Below the pieces are notes generated by a model. It was not told where the DNA came from and made no database searches. It worked only from the letters and a program-made list of their open reading frames with translations. The position numbers were made by a program, and so were the translations under genes. From Cladosporium halotolerans (taxonomy: Eukaryota), in the NCBI RefSeq assembly GCF_011745625.1, contig NW_027191483.1:124001-188000 (forward strand): a stretch of DNA of 64,000 nt, given 5' to 3'. Positions 35,260-46,638 of this stretch are shown here, piece by piece; within the stretch, counting starts at the first letter, position 1, and every line of letters begins with the position of its first letter.

Positions 35260-35916
35260 CTCGTGGGTTGGTAGGGTTAGGGTTGGAGTTATGATCTGAT
35301 CTCCGACTCAGGTCTTGTTACTTCAACGACGACTCGGTCTTGCTATCAACACATCTGACACGATGAGAATGTCATCTGAAGAGAAAATGGCGGTTCGCGG
35401 TGGGGATCGCATAGAGGGGTGAAGAGTCAACCTAGGTAAAGGAAACGATTTTGGCGGGGGGGAGAGAGCCACGCATACATGAAGGGCAAAGAGGGATAAT
35501 ATCAAGAGAGTTTCAAATTGTAGCTTTGGTTTGACGGAAAAGATAATAGATATGCTCACGTGCTTTACCTGAATGCAACATTTATAGTGCGACGAACAGA
35601 AGACACGATTTTCCGCGGATCCTTTTCAAAGCAGCCATCATCTTGGTAGTATGTTGCTATCTACCTGTATCCAATGATATGAACCCAAGCTTTCCAATCA
35701 TTTCTCAATGACCTATGTGAAATGTTACATCGTCTCGATTTCCAAACCCAGTCAAGACTGCCAACGATTGAAGTGGCACATCGAAATGTCAAGCAGGATG
35801 CGACACCAAACATTCTATCAATTCTACTATAGCACAGGCTTCATGCTCGACAAGACACCCCTCTGACCATATGTACACACTGTCGCCTCAGACGCTTCAC
35901 GCAAACATCATGACTC

Positions 35917-36540
35917 TCACACCTTACTCGCTCTCGGCACAACGAACAAAGCTTCGCCCTTCGCGCATACCACAACCTCCCCACTGTCATCCTCTCCGCC
36001 TCCCACATTCTGCCTCACCTCGGCTTCGATGAAGTCCTTCCTGCCCTCCCTCTTCACATACCACGCCACGATTTGCACAGCCGCACTGGTCCTCACCGGC
36101 TTCAGAAACTTAATGTTGAGATAGGCGGTGAAGCTCCCCAACCCAGTAGCAGGCAGCTCACCGTCGACCAGGCCCTTCCCTACCGCCATTAAATGGTCTC
36201 GCTCATGATTGACACTTTGCAAGATGCCCATGGCTTCATCGATCAGGCTGGCGACAATGCCGCCGTGGAGGATGCCGGGGTGTCCATCGAGATCCGTCCC
36301 GAGCGTGACAAAGGTCGAGACCAAGTCGATGTATTTAGCATCTGGCTCCGGGCGAGTGTAAGTGCTGACGCACGAGCGGACAGTTGAAGGCGTTTTGAGG
36401 GTTGTTGCGAAAAGCGAGTCTTCGTTCGTGGCCTTGGGGAGGCGAGAGCCGGGGACCCGGATGATCAGATTTGGCCTGGAGACCAAAGACGCGGTCCATG
36501 GTATGCGGAGGAATGGGTCCCTGGTATCTGATGGCGGCAT
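35917..36540 (-). CDS. PaaI/hot-dog fold thioesterase
   Basis: GHPGILHGGIVASLIDEAMG and TAYLNIKFLKPV. Confidence 0.9.
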   Translation of the reverse strand: MPPSDTRDPFLRIPWTASLVSRPNLIIRVPGSRLPKATNEDSLFATTLKTPSTVRSCVSTYTRPEPDAKYIDLVSTFVTLGTDLDGHPGILHGGIVASLIDEAMGILQSVNHERDHLMAVGKGLVDGELPATGLGSFTAYLNIKFLKPVRTSAAVQIVAWYVKREGRKDFIEAEVRQNVGGGEDDSGEVVVCAKGEALFVVPRASKV

Positions 36541-36955
36541 GTCTCTCTTAGGCTTCCGAAATGTGGTGGTTCAGACGGAATGTCGTCGTTGAGGGGATTG
36601 TCGAGCAGATAGTAAGGTCACGCGAATGCGAGATTCTGGCTCCTTGGAGAGACGTCAAAGCTATGTGTAAGGAAATTTCCACATTGAAGAAGCAGTAGCA
36701 ACGGCCAAGACGGAATGCTCACTGCTGGACAAACGTGCGCGATGCGGTGAGCATTGGCCGTGGTTTAGATGGTCGTGCCATCTCGGAGAGCGTGGCCATT
36801 GAGCCTCGGCTTGCGAATCTGGACCCATGATTCTCTAAGGTACTATGTCCCGCGCACCGACATCCATTATCAACGGCATATACAACAACCGACCGCGTAT
36901 GCAAGCAAAAGTCAAAAAACAGATCTCCTAGGAGGAGCGTACATAGATTTACAAT

Positions 36956-39112
36956 TTACCTCTTGCTCTTAGTCTTTGCGCCAGCGGCGCCCTCCTTCTT
37001 GCCTTTCTTCTTTTTGTTCCCGTTCTCCGCGGTCAACAGCTTGTTTGACGTTCCCAATGCATGGCCACCGTGGCCCCCGTTGGCCTCCTTCTTCTCTTCA
37101 ACGGCTTCCGGCTTGTCCTTCTCGTCGAACTTGGGTGTCAGAGCTTGTACTGCCTTGCTCTTTGTAGCCTTGGGGTCCAAGCCCTTCCTGCGCATCTGCT
37201 TGTGCAGGTTGCGCTCTATTAATTGGGCATCCTCCTCATCGTCGAACCCACCGAACACATCCTCTTCCTTATCCTCATCTTCAACCTCCTCAACAATCTC
37301 CTCGGGTGCGACGAACTCGTCATCGGGATCGTTTGTGCGGCTGTGCTCCTTGGCTTCCTTGCTACCCTGCGCCCTAACGGCGTGTTCAGGAGTCGGGCCA
37401 GTTTTCTTGAGCTTGGCCACGTAGAAACCGTCGACGTTGTATGCGTGAGGGTAGTAGCGCCTAGTCATTTTCAGGCTAGGGTGGAACCGCTTGGAGCCGA
37501 ACCTGATGAAACCCTCTTTTCCAAAGGCGAGGCCAGTCTCAACCAGCTTGACATTGGGACGCTTGTTGAGCACATACTGTACGACCTGCTCGTTCTCCTC
37601 TACCGTTACGGAACAAGTGGAGTAGACGATGTAGCCACCAGTCTTGCTAGCGTGGTCTACAGAGTCGATAGCGGCGAGGAGAAGCTGCTTCTGGAGGTGA
37701 GGCAGACGCAAGAAGTCGGCCTCGGTCTTGTTGGTCTTGACACTGGCATCCTTGGCAATGACACCAGTTCCACTGCAAGGCGCATCGAGCAAGACACGGT
37801 CGAAGCCTCCCATGACCTTCGGAAATTCGAGAGCAGAGTAATTGCAAACGATGGTGTTCTTGACACCAAGACGGTGAATGTTACCAATCAGACCCTTAGA
37901 ACGCTCTTTGCTGGCATCGTTTGCAAAGACGACGCCGGTGTTGCGCATTACGGCCGCCAGGTAGGTCGATTTGCCGCCGGGAGCAGAGGCCATATCGAGA
38001 GCACGCTCGTTTTCCTGGGGTGCGAGCGCCATGACGGGAAGGAAAGAAGACGCAGCTTGCAGAATGTAGTGACCGGCGAGATATTCGGGAGTGGCACCAA
38101 GAGGAACCTGAGACTCGAAGACCTGAAGACCGACTTTGCTCCATTTACCGACCGGTTCCAGAGTAACGCCACGGTTGATCAGGGCGTGCGCCAGATCTCT
38201 TCTCGATGTCCTCAGTGTGTTGGTACGCAGAACGACAGGGCGAGGAGTCTCGTTGGCGTCAAAGAAAGCCAAAGCTTCTTGGGGCGGGAAGAGCGAGAAC
38301 AGCTTCTCTGCCAAAAAGGCGGAGTAGCCATAGTATGCGCAGATGTCCTTGAGAAGAGCAGTGGTGTAGTCTGCTCTGCTTCTTGAAGGGTCGTGCAGCT
38401 CCTTGAAGTTTGTCAGAACGCGGACAGTCTCTGTGATCCTGGTCCTCAAGAGCTGCATATCCGGAGGCAACAGGCTGGCCTTGGGCTTTCCATCCTCATC
38501 GTCGGAATCCTCCAGATCAGCAATGTTCGTCTGCATTGCATTTTCCGCAATCTCGGCCTCATTCGCACGCTCTTCCTCTTCCCTCTCCTGGTCAAGCTTC
38601 TGCGACAGACCAGCAATGTTGGCCGCATTCAGGACCTCCTCAGCGTCCGATTCGTCTTCTGACCACATGCCGCGCTGAATATCGTCATCTGAGTGCATCA
38701 CGTCGTCGTCTTCCGGATCAGAAGGCGCATTGGCGAAGTCGTCTGCATCCGAGTCGTCGCCATCCATGAAGTCATCCAGGTTTCCGGTTTGCACACCGTC
38801 GTCGGACTCGTCCAGATCCTCGTCGTCGTCGTCGAGCGGCATAGCCGCCTTCTTCGGCTTCGCAGCAGGCACAGTCTTTGCGGGCTTTTGTTGTGTTTTG
38901 AAATCGCCCTTGGTGCTCTTCTTTCCAGCAGAGTTCGCAGCATTCTTGGGACCTCCCTTCGCATCACCGGCGAACTTCTGCTTCTTGATCGCTCCGTTCG
39001 CAGAGGCGCCGTTCTTGCGCTTCTTTGCAGATGCGGAATCGTTCAGCGAGGACGGCAGCTCTGGCACGCCCTGCTTCTGCATGCGTCGCGAAGGACCTTT
39101 CGAAGGACCCAT
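36956..39112 (-). CDS. NOP2: 25S rRNA m5C methyltransferase Nop2
   Basis: LDMASAPGGK, FDRVLLDAPCSG, YSTCS, RRYYPHAYNVDGFYVAK, with an acidic N-terminus. Confidence 0.96.
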   Translation of the reverse strand: MGPSKGPSRRMQKQGVPELPSSLNDSASAKKRKNGASANGAIKKQKFAGDAKGGPKNAANSAGKKSTKGDFKTQQKPAKTVPAAKPKKAAMPLDDDDEDLDESDDGVQTGNLDDFMDGDDSDADDFANAPSDPEDDDVMHSDDDIQRGMWSEDESDAEEVLNAANIAGLSQKLDQEREEEERANEAEIAENAMQTNIADLEDSDDEDGKPKASLLPPDMQLLRTRITETVRVLTNFKELHDPSRSRADYTTALLKDICAYYGYSAFLAEKLFSLFPPQEALAFFDANETPRPVVLRTNTLRTSRRDLAHALINRGVTLEPVGKWSKVGLQVFESQVPLGATPEYLAGHYILQAASSFLPVMALAPQENERALDMASAPGGKSTYLAAVMRNTGVVFANDASKERSKGLIGNIHRLGVKNTIVCNYSALEFPKVMGGFDRVLLDAPCSGTGVIAKDASVKTNKTEADFLRLPHLQKQLLLAAIDSVDHASKTGGYIVYSTCSVTVEENEQVVQYVLNKRPNVKLVETGLAFGKEGFIRFGSKRFHPSLKMTRRYYPHAYNVDGFYVAKLKKTGPTPEHAVRAQGSKEAKEHSRTNDPDDEFVAPEEIVEEVEDEDKEEDVFGGFDDEEDAQLIERNLHKQMRRKGLDPKATKSKAVQALTPKFDEKDKPEAVEEKKEANGGHGGHALGTSNKLLTAENGNKKKKGKKEGAAGAKTKSKR

Positions 39113-39385
39113 ATTTGCGATTAATTGCGACAGATGTATATTTCCCGTTGCAGAGAGAACAGGTCTTTGTGAGCTGTGGCCCTGGCCAGAAAAGTCCGAG
39201 CCGACCTGGAATTTTTGGCTCGGCTCTGGCGCGAGAGCGGCGGCATTCCGCTCCAGATTCCCTCCGCTCCAGAACTTCGACGGGCTCACTATCACATGCT
39301 TTGCGGCGACATACTCAAGGCTATTACAGACTGATCTTTATTGGAAACAGCGCGATCACTGGACAGCATCAGGGGAACGATCAAA

Positions 39386-40519
39386 ATGCCGATCGCGATT
39401 GGCCTTGAGGGCTCCGCCAACAAATTGGGCGTGGGCGTCATTCTCCATCCCACCTCGACCCCGCCATCACCACATGACAGCGCTCACTCGGACGAAGATT
39501 CGCCTCAATCGCGCAAAAAAGCATACTCGCCACCAGCTCAGATCCTGTCAAACCTAAGACATACTTTCGTATCACCTCCAGGAACTGGCTTCCTCCCGAA
39601 AGACACCGCCGCTCACCACCGACGATGGGTTGTGCGATTGGTGAAGCAGGCGATGAAGCAGGCTAAGGTCAAGCTGGAAGATGTGGACTGTATTTGCTAC
39701 ACCAAAGGACCGGGAATGGGCGCTCCTCTGAACGCTGTGGCTGTGGCAGCAAGAACCTTGAGTCAGCTTTGGAACAAGCCCCTGGTGGGAGTGAATCACT
39801 GCGTCGGACACATTGAGATGGGACGGGCAATTACCGGCGCAGAGAACCCGGTGGTTCTGTATGTCAGCGGAGGCAACACGCAAGTCATCGCATACTCTGC
39901 CCAGCGTTACAGGATATTCGGAGAGGCTCTGGATATCGCAGTCGGAAATTGTCTTGACCGATTCGCACGCGTGCTTAACATAAGCAATGATCCGGCACCT
40001 GGATACAATATCGAACAGATGGCAAAGAAGGGAAAGCATTTGATCGAGCTCCCGTACACCGTCAAAGGCATGGACGTCTCTTTTTCCGGTATCCTCGCCT
40101 CCGTGGAGGAGCTGGCTCGCAAATTGGAGAAGAGCAAGTCATCAGATGCTCCGTGGCTGGACGCTGAATCGGGTGAGCCGATAACTCGTGAAGACCTTTG
40201 CTTTACATTACAAGAAAACGTATTCGCCATGCTCGTCGAGATCACCGAGCGCGCTATGGCACACGTTGGCGCGAACCAGGTTCTGATCGTCGGCGGCGTG
40301 GGCTGTAATGAGCGCCTTCAAGACATGATGGGCTTGATGGCAAGTGAACGCGGTGGTAGTGTCTACGCAACAGACGAGCGGTTTTGCATCGACAACGGAA
40401 TCATGATTGCTCAAGCTGGCCTGTTGGCGTGGCGAATGGGCTTCAAAACAACTCTGGAGGAGAGTACGACGACGCAAAGATTCAGGACTGATGAGCCATT
40501 GATCAACTGGCGAGACTGA
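39386..40519 (+). CDS. KAE1: tRNA t6A threonylcarbamoyltransferase Kae1 (KEOPS)
   Basis: [54 protein letters not shown]. Confidence 0.97.
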   Translation: MPIAIGLEGSANKLGVGVILHPTSTPPSPHDSAHSDEDSPQSRKKAYSPPAQILSNLRHTFVSPPGTGFLPKDTAAHHRRWVVRLVKQAMKQAKVKLEDVDCICYTKGPGMGAPLNAVAVAARTLSQLWNKPLVGVNHCVGHIEMGRAITGAENPVVLYVSGGNTQVIAYSAQRYRIFGEALDIAVGNCLDRFARVLNISNDPAPGYNIEQMAKKGKHLIELPYTVKGMDVSFSGILASVEELARKLEKSKSSDAPWLDAESGEPITREDLCFTLQENVFAMLVEITERAMAHVGANQVLIVGGVGCNERLQDMMGLMASERGGSVYATDERFCIDNGIMIAQAGLLAWRMGFKTTLEESTTTQRFRTDEPLINWRD

Positions 40520-40659
40520 AACTTGACTTTTGGAAGTCGTGCACGATTATGATACCCTCAATGCTCTTCATGCTTATCACAATGAAAAGATCCCACGTAC
40601 GACCAACCGAACGTAGTGGTTGTATTTGGGCGCTCGTATGCTGGTATTTGCGACGCTAT

Positions 40660-41150
40660 TCTAAGCCCCACCCACCTTGTCATTGAGAAGCCAACGTAAT
40701 CGATTACTCCGCCAATATTGTAAGCCACTATCAGCGGCTATATTCCCATATTAAGCCCAGTTGTCATCGAGAGACCCATTCGATATTGAAGGCAGGAAAT
40801 GTGCGCAGCTACAAGTGGCTACATGCCCATCGTGAGCCTACCTGTCATTGAGAGAGACACACACGCATTTGATTACGCAGCGGAAAATGGCACTTTGAAG
40901 AAGTTTCGGCGCTATCTCTGCTCCCATACACTGCTACTAGCGGCTATATTCCTACCGTAAGCACGTACATCAAAGAGAGACCCATTTTTGACCTCCGCTC
41001 CTATACGCTACTACCAGCGGCTGAATTCCCATCGTAAGTATATCCATCATTGAGAGACCTGTTCAACATTAAAAGCAGAAAAGTGGCAGTTTCAAGAAGT
41101 TTTGGCATCATCTCCGTTCCCATGCGCTGCTACCAGCGACACCAGCGCTT
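40660..41150. repeat. Degenerate tandem repeat array (5-6 units; core RCTACYAGCGGCTA...CCCATCGTAAG...CATYGAGAGACC)
   Basis: The AGYGGCT/AGCG core recurs at 40733, 40814, 40939, 41016 and 41135, giving spacings of 81, 125, 77 and 119. Confidence 0.75.
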
Positions 41151-41185
41151 CAAAGAGCCAGGCTTCTGGTGAGAGCAACCGGGCA

Positions 41186-42067
41186 TTACGGGCAGTGAAG
41201 AATCTTGAAATCTCCGTGCTCCTTCTTGTTGATGCCGAGCATCCTGTTAATTTTCCTGTTGATTCTCCTATTCACGCCTACGATCATGCGGAACTGTGGG
41301 AAAGTCAGCACAATGCGCGACTTGATCGACGAGCTGCCACTTACGGAGAGATAGAAATCCCAATCGCGGCCAACGGGGTCGGTCACTCTCTTCTGATCGC
41401 GGACCGACCAATTCCAGCTCCAATATGTGTCGAGGCCTATAGTCTTGATAGCCTTGTGAACTTCCTTCTCGGTCCGGTTCCAGTTATTGCCCCATATCTT
41501 GTAGATAGAGTAGGCCTTTTCGACGGTAGTCTCGCAGTAGGCACTGGGTGTTCCGTCCACGGGGAGATCTTCGGGTGACCTAGGGTCGGGAAAAATAGGG
41601 TAGGTCTCGTCAGTGGGAAGCGGCTGGTCCAGCTTGTAAGGGTGGATGACCATCTCGTTGTTGGTTCTGTCCCAGACTTGACCGGTCTTCGACGAGTAAA
41701 AGTAATTCTCGACCCTATTGCCATTCGCGTCCCAGAAGAATCCCTTTTCATCTTGCCACCAATCCGTGCTTTCATTATAGCCTCTCCTCGGTTGCCCGTA
41801 ATAGGAAACCGGATTTGCGTCTTTCTTATAGTGAGGACAGATGATACGAACTTTTTCCTTTTTTGTTATCACCCATGTTTTGCACTCCTGAGCCGGCCAG
41901 TGTGCCGCGCGGCTTGGTTCGACGAGCTCATTTGCTCCCACGGGCTCATTTGCTTCCACGAGCTCATTTGCCTCCACGAGCTCATCTGCTTCCTTGGCGA
42001 TAGGAGTGGCGAAGGTCGAGGTTGCCATTAGGGCCAATAGGCCGACGAGAATGTTGTGCGGATGCAT
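41186..42067 (-). CDS. Putative secreted effector-like protein; in-frame intron 41294-41344
   Basis: Signal-peptide-like MHPHNILVGLLALMATSTFATP, acidic (A-D/N-E-L/P-V-E/G)x4 pro-region, four Cys, aromatic-rich. Upstream TATATA at ~42151. Confidence 0.75.
   Translation of the reverse strand: MHPHNILVGLLALMATSTFATPIAKEADELVEANELVEANEPVGANELVEPSRAAHWPAQECKTWVITKKEKVRIICPHYKKDANPVSYYGQPRRGYNESTDWWQDEKGFFWDANGNRVENYFYSSKTGQVWDRTNNEMVIHPYKLDQPLPTDETYPIFPDPRSPEDLPVDGTPSAYCETTVEKAYSIYKIWGNNWNRTEKEVHKAIKTIGLDTYWSWNWSVRDQKRVTDPVGRDWDFYLSVSGSSSIKSRIVLTFPQFRMIVGVNRRINRKINRMLGINKKEHGDFKILHCP
41921..41992 (-). repeat. Coding 18-bp minisatellite x4 (EADELV/EANELV/EANEPV/GANELV)
   Basis: Plus-strand units of the form (G/C)ACGRGCTCATYTGCYYC, repeated four times. 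Confidence 0.85.
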
Positions 42068-42790
42068 GTCTATGTCGAATGTATTCGTGAACAGTGTAGA
42101 TCGAGGATGGACATTCTGTGGTAGAGAACAAGACAGGTGAGGGCGAAAGCTATATAGCGATTCACTTGTCGATGAAAATGCTGTTCACAACCTAAGTGCA
42201 TTTGCTATGTATCAAGGTTGGTTACGCTTGATGGCCAATAAGCTCGCACGGAATGCAACAACGCTGGTAGTTGCGCATGGGCATGGAGATGCAATAGACT
42301 TTTTCCGTGACCATTGTGATGTTACTCAGCATGGGAGCGCAGTTGGAGAACGTGTCAACCAGAGCGTGTCAACCAGAGCGTGTAATAATGAAAGAGCGCA
42401 ACGATCAGAGCCAGGCGCCAATGTGCTAGAAGGCTGCTCGAAAGTAGTCCGCGACTCCTTGGTAGTATGTTCGACGATCGTCTGTCAATCAAAGCATTTT
42501 CTTTTTTTGGCGTGTATAAGCCCAGCGACAGCGAAGCTCTCATCCGTTCTTCTTCTGCGTAAGCCATCTGCACCAGCACGACAACGGTGGATGATATTCC
42601 GGGAGTCGAGAGCTAGATGCATGACATGTCATCGCGGACACGGACACAGCCGTAGGTAAGCCAACAAAGCAAGTCATCGGATTTGTTGCTGAGTAAGCAG
42701 CCGGCGGTGACATCGCAAGCCTCACTTTTCGATGTTGATGGGTGCCAAGACTGTAATGCGCAGAGCAATGAAAGCATTGTGCCCTATGAG

Positions 42791-44629
42791 TTAAAAAAAG
42801 AGCCAATTGCCAATGCATTTCATTCGCGCCTTGAGTCCTTGGCCTTCTCTCCACTCTCCCATCTTTGCTGCTTGCAGAGCCTTCTCGCGCTCTTCGTCTG
42901 TCATGCCTGAGTCGAACCGGTCCGTGACCAGGTCCATGTCTTGCAACTTGACAAATCTTGTCTTCTTGATAAGCTTCCAGACAACGAACATGAGAACCAT
43001 GACGGGTATCTCCACGTAGAAGCTCACGAAGTCCACGGGCTTGAACTTTGGCGAGAAGCATGACCATCCTTGCACCAACACCAGAACGCAATTCAGAACG
43101 ACCGATAAGATAGGTCCATAAGGATAAGTCCAATTCTTGAAAGGTAGCAAGTGTTCGAGGTTCTGCGCCTTGATAGCAGAGCGAAAGCGCAGTGATGCGA
43201 ACCCAATGGAGATCCAAGATAGCTGATTCGACACGCCGACAATGTTCTGCAGCCATGTCCATAGTTGACCAGCGCCGATGTAAGTTGCACCAAAGCAAAG
43301 ACCACTGATGGACGCTGTGGAAAGCACTGCGACCCAGGGTACCTGGTTTCGATTCAGGGTCGCAAAGAACTTGGGCGCATGGCCGTTGACGCCTAGTGAA
43401 TATAGCAACCTCGAGCCAGCAAATAGGGCGTGATTGCCGGCAGAGATCACACTCGTCATGACGACTGCGTTGATGAAAGAACCGGCGACCTTGCTTCCGG
43501 CCATCATGAAGACAATCGTGAATGGCGAGGTGTGACTGTCCTTTTCCGAGAGGCCGTAATAGGTGTACGGGACATTGAGGCCGATGATGAGGATTGACAG
43601 GATGTAGAAGATCAAAATGCGCCAGAAGACGTTGCGAACGACGCGCGGGAGTGCCTGCGATGGGTTTTTCGTCTCTCCGGCCGTAATCGCGATAGACTCT
43701 GTGCCACCGTATGCGAAAGAGGCGGTGACGAAGACCGAAGCAAATCCACCGATGCCCCCCACGAAAGGTGCATCGCCGATGTACCAGTTCTTCCCTCCAA
43801 TATACTGGCTATCAGTGTTACCGCCACAGTTGACTGCTATGCCAAGGATGATGAAGATCTGAGGTTCTTGTCAGCTGCCGCGTGAGATCGTTCTCGCGTC
43901 TGATCAAATGCGTACCACGATCGTCACTACTTTGAGGAACGACAGCCAATACTCTATTTCACCGTACAGTTTGACTGTGACGATGTTGAGTCCAAGCAAG
44001 ACGAAAAGGAAAATGAGACTCAATGCCCAGCCTGGGAAGTTGTCGGTCCAGTATTGTAAGAGCAGTTGCAGTGCCACAAGGTCCGCCGCTGTCGAGACTG
44101 CATCGTTGAACCAATAATTCCAAGTCAAGGCGAATCCGAACGCGTCATCTACGAAACGTCTGTAGATAGTCAATCATTGATAATTCCAGCCATTGTGCGC
44201 GCCTCAACTCACCCGGCAAAAGTACAGAAAGAGCCCGCCACGGGGATAAAGGCGGCCATCTCTCCAAGAGAGAGCATGGTAATGAAAACGATCGCTCCGA
44301 CGATAGCGTATGATATTAACATCGAAGCTGGTCCTCCTTTTGCGAGCGAGTTTCCCGTGCCCAAGAACAGACCGGTGCCAATGGTTCCTATTAAAAGAAT
44401 GGTTTAGTCGAGACATTTCCGATTAGACATACCACCAGTACTCACCACCTATGGCTATCATCTGGACTTGTCGAGCACTCAACTTTCTTGCCAGAGTTTC
44501 TCCAGGTTGGAGCTCGGCCGGTGAGACTCCTCTCGTACCGATTTCAGCGACCTCCTTCTCGCCATTCTCTGTATCCACCCAACCATTGTCGGCCGCCGCA
44601 CCATGAGGAGCATTTTGAAAGGAAGTCAT
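42791..44629 (-). CDS. Amino-acid permease (APC/YAT family), multi-intron
   Basis: LARKLSARQVQMIAIGG, GTGLFLG, FVDDAFGFALTWNYW, YGEIEYW, FAYGGTESIAITAGETKNP, with many TM segments. Confidence 0.92.
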
Positions 44630-45126
44630 TGTGACGCTGTACCACCAAAGTACACGAAACCTCCACTGAGCTGTTGTTGCAAACCGATGTGAGCTCACGC
44701 GATCAGCTATCAATCCATGGGTAAAGTCGATTTGCAACAGCGCTCTGGAATGACAAGCGTACCTACCATCCTCCCCGAGCGCGGCCAAGGCCAGAAGCTT
44801 ATTTTAACATACATCGAAGCGAGCCACATCTTTGCTTGGATTTGCTTGGTGTTGCAAATCGGGGTGGCATTCGGGGAATTTTTTGATAGTCGCTATGCCC
44901 GATCTGGCCGAAGTCGATGGCGTGCTTGAAGCCATTCGAAAAACTTATGTAACACGCGTGATTTGCTGAGCAATTGTCGAGGCCCGATCATATAGCATTA
45001 CGACGCTGATGAGGATCTCGCTGGTTTAGTCTTTGAGCACTCAGGTCAGTGCGAGGGTAAGATCACGAAAGGTTTAGCGGCTGAACACGCATAAGACAAT
45101 ATATACATTTAAAACACCACCCTAGC

Positions 45127-45245
45127 ACATACGACCACAGGTCAGTGAAAACTGGGCATCCCGTCCGCTCTGCCATACATAAGCACTGAACCGGGCGACT
45201 AGTACTAGAGTGGGTGACCATCTGGGAATCCCGCCTGTTGTATGT
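45127..45245 (+). rRNA. Dispersed 5S rRNA gene
   Basis: ACATACGACCACAGG...AAAACTGGGCATCCCGTCCGCTCTGCC...TAGTACTAGAGTGGGTGACCATCTGGGAATCCC..TGTTGTATGT, 119 nt with pairing termini. It has a T-run terminator and an upstream TATA-like element at ~45100. Confidence 0.93.
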
Positions 45246-45590
45246 TTTTGTTGCCTTCCGACTCTTTCTTTTTTTGGCACGTCTGATGGCAGCGGGGTAA
45301 CACGGCTCTCGACATCTGGCAGAATGATCATTGATGCGACGTGCGACGCTGCCCTACTGTGGCTTCCGGACGCATGTGCGGAGGCGGAGGAAGATACGCC
45401 GAAAGGCGGGACACCAGCGTGTATTATAGCACAATGCAGATATGATTGGCGGAACATCCACAGGACGTGTGAGTTAGAGCACAACACTATAGCGGACGAA
45501 TGGGTGTAGATCGTCGGGTCTCGCTCGATAAATACACTGCGACTCTCGCATGTTGACGCGAGCAAGCTCAAATAAAGACCTTGGCTCAAA

Positions 45591-46422
45591 ATGAAGTTCA
45601 TAAACACGTTCTTTTCTATTGTCACAACGCTTCTGACGGTGCAAGCGGTTGCGTTGCCGTCTCGCTCTCATAACAAACCAGAGAAGCCGGCATACTTTGT
45701 CCTTGCTGGCGATTCCACGACGGCAGGGTCGAGCGCCAACGGTGGAGGATGGGGCGATGGCTTCTTGAACACCACTCTCCGCAAACCGGCAAGCGGTAAG
45801 AACTTCGGGCACAATGGTGCTACGACAGTATCCTTCCGAGCTGGTGGCGACTGGGCGGCGGTGTTAGAGGACGTGAAAAGCCACACTCATTCCAACAAAG
45901 TCTTCGTCACCATCCAGGTGAGTACACCAATCTAAGAAACGCGCTGTCATGGATGCTAACGCTATCTAGTTCGGACACAACGACCAGAAGGAAAAGGCCA
46001 ACATCACTCTGTCTGAGTACTCCGCCAACCTTGCACAGTTTGTGAAGGAAGTGCGCGCCGCCAAAGCCGAACCGATCCTGGTGACGCCTCTGACAAGACG
46101 ACAATTCACCGGCACGCCACCAAGGGTCAGGGAGAATCTGGCCAACGAGACAAAGGCCACGCTTGCAGTGGCAAAGTCATCGAAATCTCGTTTCATCGAT
46201 CTCAACGAAGCTAGCACTGAGTATGTCAACGAGATCGGACCTGAGGCGAGCTATGTGTACAACCTCGCTCCTGACGACTACACTCATTTGAACGATTGGG
46301 GCAAGGTGGTTTTTGGAAGGATGGTCAGTGACCTGATGGTTGAGAAGTACAAAGACATTGCGGCTTGGACGAAGCCGAATGCCACTTTGAGCGAGCAGAT
46401 TGAGAATGGAATTCCAGCTTGA
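45591..46422 (+). CDS. Secreted SGNH hydrolase, rhamnogalacturonan acetylesterase-like (CE12); intron 45918-45969
   Basis: Signal peptide, LAGDSTTA...GGWG, GHNGATT, QFGHND, DYTH (SGNH blocks I, II, III, V). Confidence 0.9.
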
Positions 46423-46638
46423 AAAAGGGCGACACTCGATTGCAGTCGAAACGGCGACAAGAATTCGATACACTGAGATAGGATTTAAGGTCTCGTAGAC
46501 CAAGATCAGTTTCGTACAAAGCTCGATACTAGACATTAATCTATCCGAAAGTGATGACAAAAGAGAGATATTGAAGTTGACCAAGAGTCAAGATAATGAA
46601 ATGATATAATCAACGAAAGTTGCACACGTCCAGCAGGT

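Noticed and set aside
37223..38386. 387-aa antisense ORF
   Set aside because: Mirror frame of NOP2, with no independent motifs.
39446..39540. Low-complexity insertion near the Kae1 N-terminus as a possible intein or intron
   Set aside because: Short, no splice or intein motifs, and at a loop known to vary in fungal Kae1.
40660..41150. CRISPR-like repeat/spacer appearance
   Set aside because: The context is eukaryotic with no cas genes, the repeats are degenerate, and the spacers are homologous to one another and of unequal length.
45100..45260. 5S gene as the boundary of a Starship-type giant element
   Set aside because: The 5S copy is intact, and no tyrosine-recombinase captain gene or split target is visible in the window.
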